NCBI GenBank assembly: GCA_964016885.1
Contig: OZ024740.1
Span: forward strand, 81,530,001 to 81,594,000
DNA length: 64,000 nucleotides
Direction of reading: 5' to 3'
DNA from: Eledone cirrhosa
Lineage: Eukaryota
The notes below the pieces were generated by a model. The model had not been told where the DNA came from and did no database searches. It worked only from the letters and a program-made list of their open reading frames with translations. Below, piece by piece: positions 11,660-64,000 of the stretch (positions are counted from its first letter, which is position 1; every line of letters starts with the position of its first letter). A program made the position numbers and the translations under genes.

Positions 11660-13510
11660 AATAATAAATTTGAAGACTAAAATCCAAAGAGGAGCTATTC
11701 CTTCCAGCAGAACCTGAAGAATAGAATTCGTTATATTAAGGATTCTAATGCCGTGCACGTCCACTCCGACAAAACTGGCAATCTATATCAAGGGGAGCGC
11801 AGTACTTACAATCAACTGCTATATAATGCTGTAACTAAGAATTACCGTAAAACTAATCGGAGCGTCATTAATGACATCAACGATGCTGGGTTTAAAATCA
11901 CCTCTAATCCCAACATCCTGGACCGGACTGGACCTCTGGACCCTATTTCCCCGACTTTACCGTGAAGTATCACAAATCCAATTTCCCGAACAACCCCTCT
12001 ATTCGGCTTATTAACCCTACGAAGTCCGATTTAGGTAGAATTAGCAAAAGGATTTTAGATAGAATTATACCTGAAATTAGAAGTTTGGCCCCTCTTGCAC
12101 CGCGGTACAATTCTTTCGCGGTGATTGATTGGTTCAACGGCATATGCAACAAGGAACATTGGCGTTTTATCCAATTCGACATCAATAATTACTACTCCTC
12201 CACCAATTTATCACTTCTTCTTAGAGCTATAAATTTCGCTAAAACACTCACAGTGGTTAACGATTTCGAAGTTGATGTCATCCTCAATGCCCGTAAGTCG
12301 GTGATTAATTTCGACAACTCTATTTGGATTAAATAATCTAATAGTACCCCATTCAACGTGAGTGTGGGCGCCAGCGATTCTGCGGAGGTTACTGATCGTT
12401 TCAGCCTTTTCCTTCTTTTCTCTATCAAGGAAGAATTCCCCAACGTGGGCGGTGGTTTGTACCGTGATAACAATCTTTTGACCATGACAAAGTGCGGCCC
12501 ACGTCCTTGCGACAGGTTCAGAAAAGAACTCACAGCCTTCTTTAAAGGCTTCAACCTCTCAATACAGGTTGAGGCCAACCTCTCGTTCGTTAATTACCTC
12601 GACGTTATCCTCAATTTTTCGAATGGCTTGCACTACCCGTATAGAAAGCCGAATGATACGCTTAATTACATAAGTAAGCATTCTAACTATCCTGCCAGCA
12701 TAACACAGAACCTGGTTAGAAACATTTCTTTGAGGCTTTCCCGTCTATCTACAAACGAGCATATTTTCACCGACCATTCCACATATTACAATAAAGCTCT
12801 TGCTTGGAGTGGATTTGTCGATAAGGTAGCATATACAGAGTATGACAATAGACCTAGCAAAAATAGATCCCGACGCATTATATGGTATAACCCACCATAT
12901 AATATGGAGGTGGCCAAACTATTAGCTAAGATCTTTCTCTCCCTTATTATGATACATTTCCCTCCAGCACATAAATATAGTAACATTTTTAATAAAAATA
13001 CTATTAAAATGTCTTACTCTACGACTCCTAACCTCGCACATCTTCAAATCTTCAAATTTAGCTAAATTATCTAGCCGTAGGAACACGTGCAACCTTGTAG
13101 CTAATACTAACTGTAACGGTAGGAATCGGGTTGATTGCCCCCTATCCGGGAAATGCCTCTCTAGTAACATTGTCTACAAATGTAAGGTTGAAACACCCAC
13201 GTCCCGTAGGGCCTACATATGGTTAACTGCCAATAGTTTCAAGCAGCGTCTTTACATGCATACCCATTCTTTTCTCAACCCTTTAAGAAGGAATATGACG
13301 TCACTTTCAGCTTATATCTGGAGTCTAAAAGACAACCACACCCAATATAAGTTACACAGGGAGATCCTAGCTGGAGCTAGATCGTATAACAGAAATAAAA
13401 GACCATGCGACCCTGCGCCGCTGAAGTCCTGGAAATACTCTCTGCCAAAGACCACATCTTGAACAAAAAATATGAGGCATTTCGGCTTGTAAACATAAAT
13501 TGCACAAAAC
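11660..13510 (+). mobile_element. Decayed Penelope-like retroelement: RT plus C-terminal GIY-YIG endonuclease
   Basis: SDKTGNLY; KSNFPNNPSIRLINPTKSDLGRISKRILDRI; FIQFDINNYYSS; GASDSAEVTD; LYRDN (YRDD degenerate); NYLDVIL; YPYRKPN; IIWYNPPY; then CNC..CPLSGKCL..IVYKC..AYIW(G)..SFKQR..H..SF..TSLSAYIW. In-frame stop at 12334 and frameshifts indicate an inactive copy. Confidence 0.9.
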
Positions 13511-13926
13511 TTTCCTGTATTATAGCCCACATTAAACCCTAACGGATAGTACGAACTATACACGGATATTTTACGTCTTGATGTATCATTACTTATTTGT
13601 ATAGGTAAGTATACATTACCTGTATGTCTTGTGAAGGTACGTATACTTTCTCGTACGTATATTTGCTTGTTTATGTTTTAGACGTATATATTATATTATA
13701 TACACTGCTACATGTGCATATGGTTATATGTATAAGTGACTTTTGCGTCTGTATGAGTATGCGGGTTCGTACGTGTGTAGGGTATGTGTATATGTGTACT
13801 TTTTGTTTTGGATGATATACGTTTAGCGAACATATGTGTATTTACATGTAGGAATGTGTGTGCGCGCGTTAAATACGTATTATGTGTGTATATTTATATA
13901 CTTTTATATAATTATATGTATACACG

Positions 13927-13963
<37 letters not shown>

Positions 13964-14227
13964 TTGTATATATATTTGTATGTGCATCTAGTGTACACGT
14001 TCGTATGTGTGCGGGTACAGGCGTTGCGTGGGTTCTGTATGTGCGTGCGTGTTTTTTTGTATACGTGCTTGATTTTGCATACCCATGGCGGGTGTTTTCC
14101 CGTATGCATGTGTATGTACGTATATGGATGTGTGCATGTATATATTTATTTTTTGTTGATTTCAATTACCACTGTAATTTATTTACTTTATTCTTAACAC
14201 TGAAGCCGAGAATCATTAGGTTTCCTA

Positions 14228-14503
14228 AATAGAATTAGGTCTACGACTTCAGTTATACCGTAAACGTGGTTTTGTCTTTGCGTGTAATTGTTCTCAACGG
14301 TCCACATAATGACGTATTATCTTCGGGTTTTCCGTTCATTGCCAGAGAACGTCTCCACGAACCACTTAATAGAATATTAGTCTACGACTTCATTTATACC
14401 ATAAACGTGGTTTTGTCTTTGCGTGTAATTATTTCACCGCTCCATATAATGACGTATTATCTTCGTTGTGTTACGTTCTTTGCTAGGGAACGTTTCCACG
14501 AAC
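14228..14503. repeat. Two-copy diverged tandem duplication (~140 bp)
   Basis: gtctacgacttca.ttatacc.taaacgtggttttgtctttgcgtgtaatt and ataatgacgtattatcttcg each occur twice, about 141 bp apart. Confidence 0.85.
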
Positions 14504-14655
14504 AAAAGTACCGCCTTCCTGTCTTCCTTTGGTTGCAATGTTTTTCGAAATATTTACTTCTACGTTCACAGGTTCATTTTTTTAGTTTCAGAAGATCCCG
14601 TTAAGGGTGAAAGCAGCGATTATTTGCTTAAACTTTAATCTGTTATTTTAATATA
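14495..14655. repeat. Inverted dispersed copy of 9470-9630
   Basis: tttcagaagatcccgttaagggtgaaagcagcgatt.tttgcttaaactttaatctgttattttaatatat is the reverse complement of 9471-9541. Confidence 0.85.
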
Positions 14656-15382
14656 TATATATATAACTGATGTAGACAATCAACACCATTGTTCACACAA
14701 AAAGAAACAAATATAATTAGCTAGGCATATATAAATACAATATAAGATTCAATAACACTCAGACACATATCATTTCTAACAGGTGCATGGGGCAGGCTTT
14801 TGCGTTACGGTGGCGTATGTTCACGTGCTCGAATCTTAAGCTAATGTTTCTTATGTTATGTCTGTGTTTACGATTTGACGCTAAGTATTTCCAAGTTTGT
14901 TGATGAAATTCCATTTCTCCAGGTTTATATTTGTATTTGATGTGTTCAAGTATTTTATAGATAAATGATACGTAACACTCTACGGGATTGTGCACTTTTT
15001 GTGCAATTTTTTCATTGCAAGTCAGAGTATAGTAGTCAAGCTGATACCTATTTGGTCTCTTGATGTCCCATGGTTATAAATAGTGAAAATAAACATCCCC
15101 AGTGAAACATCACACAATAGTGGATATGATTCCTTTACAGTGTCTAAGGTGTCCATCCCTACAATAACATTAAAACAAAAAAAGCACGATTAATTTTGTT
15201 TTTAAATGAGGTGTCTCCATCATTCCATATACACTCGTTTGAATTTCAGAAATAACGTATGTTTTTTTCTAAGCCAGAAGGCACGATGATATTATTATGA
15301 AATTTTGCATTTGATGGACCGGTAATGCCGAGGAAACAAAGTGAAATGACGATCTGTATTAGATGAACATCGACTTTTAAGA

Positions 15383-15562
15383 TAATTGTTTCTACGTTAG
15401 GCACAAGGCCAGCAATTAACCAGTGCATTACTGGTACTTTATTTTATCAACCCCGTAAGAATAAAAGGCAAAGTCAACCTCGGCGGGATTTGAACTCAGA
15501 TCGTAAAGGGACGTAACTATGCTGGAAAGCATGGCGTCCGACCCTGTACCGATACTGCCAAT
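15383..15562 (-). mobile_element. tRNA-derived SINE (same family as 11290-11478)
   Basis: Reverse complement contains ttggcagtatcggtacagggtcggacgccatgc, ctgagttcaaatcccgccgaggttgactttgcc and the same tail. Confidence 0.85.
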
Positions 15563-16329
15563 CAAAGATAATGCTTGTGTAGTGCGTTTGGCGAAGGTTG
15601 AGGAAGACATTCACTATTTACTAATACTATGGTAAATAAAAAAGATTTGCTTGACTTGGAAGTTCAATTTGCAAGAGCCTGTATTTAATAAAGGAAAGAA
15701 CAAGTAACATGAAATGGTCTGCAAAGCCTACTCACGTACGTATCTGCGAGTTTGTATTCAACAGTTGTAGGATGCAAGAGATAAGATAAGAGCAAATAAT
15801 ACGAAAGTAAGAACGTAATTATGCAGAAGTACCTCTGAAACATGGAAACATCAGAACATTAATTACGAGAAACTATAGTTGACAGTATAGTATTGACATT
15901 ATAACAGTGACATTCATCGTATAGACACAGTATCAAGTTCCTGCAAATTGTTCTACATACTGGGAATATCAGCAACGTTTTCCTTAAAGCATTTTGATGT
16001 TACCATTTAAAAAGACCTAGTATCTCAGCAGATGGCAACTAAAGGGACATACATTTTTTCACAGCATCCTTATTTCCAATATTATTTTCAACATCATTAG
16101 AGAGACGATATCCAAGCAAACACATATATATATGTATGTATATATATTTGTTTTGCGAGGTTTTTGATATGAAATGGTAAACATTGAGGACCGAATGAAT
16201 TGACTGATATGAAAGATACAGAAGCAGAAACCGACAAAACAGTGTTCTGTTATTAATTCTGGCAATATTATTACAGCAATATGATCCTCCCTTCCTAACC
16301 CCAACCTCATTTACAGTGGGTGGTGGGTG

Positions 16330-64000
<47,671 letters not shown>

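Noticed and set aside
16060-16110. Minus-strand ctaatgatgttg...ggaaata as a decayed hammerhead
   Set aside because: CTGA is mutated and helices I and II are not convincing.

Overview
AT-rich eukaryotic DNA with no intact host gene that I can support. The SINE families and dense (TA)n tracts suggest an invertebrate, probably a cephalopod/octopus (inference). Bases 1-16.7 kb are a field of decayed transposons: an APE-RT LINE fragment, a Chapaev-like DNA transposase remnant, a Penelope-like RT/GIY-YIG element, a non-autonomous Helitron, tRNA-derived SINEs, fold-back palindromes and (TA)n tracts. From 16,731 to the window end lies a very homogeneous tandem array of about 92 copies of a ~514-bp unit. 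Its diagnostic variants reveal nested 3-, 4-, 5/6- and 28/30-mer duplications. The main theme is hammerhead ribozyme (HHR) sequence: an intact-core minimal type I HHR at 7613-7667 (-), a palindrome built from the 3' half of an HHR at 6720-6847, and a permuted HHR-core-like motif (GAAA...UA/stem I/CUGAUGA, poor helix II) on the minus strand of almost every satellite unit. This suggests a satellite derived from a Penelope pLTR or retrozyme-like element. The many ORFs in the array and microsatellites are artefacts.
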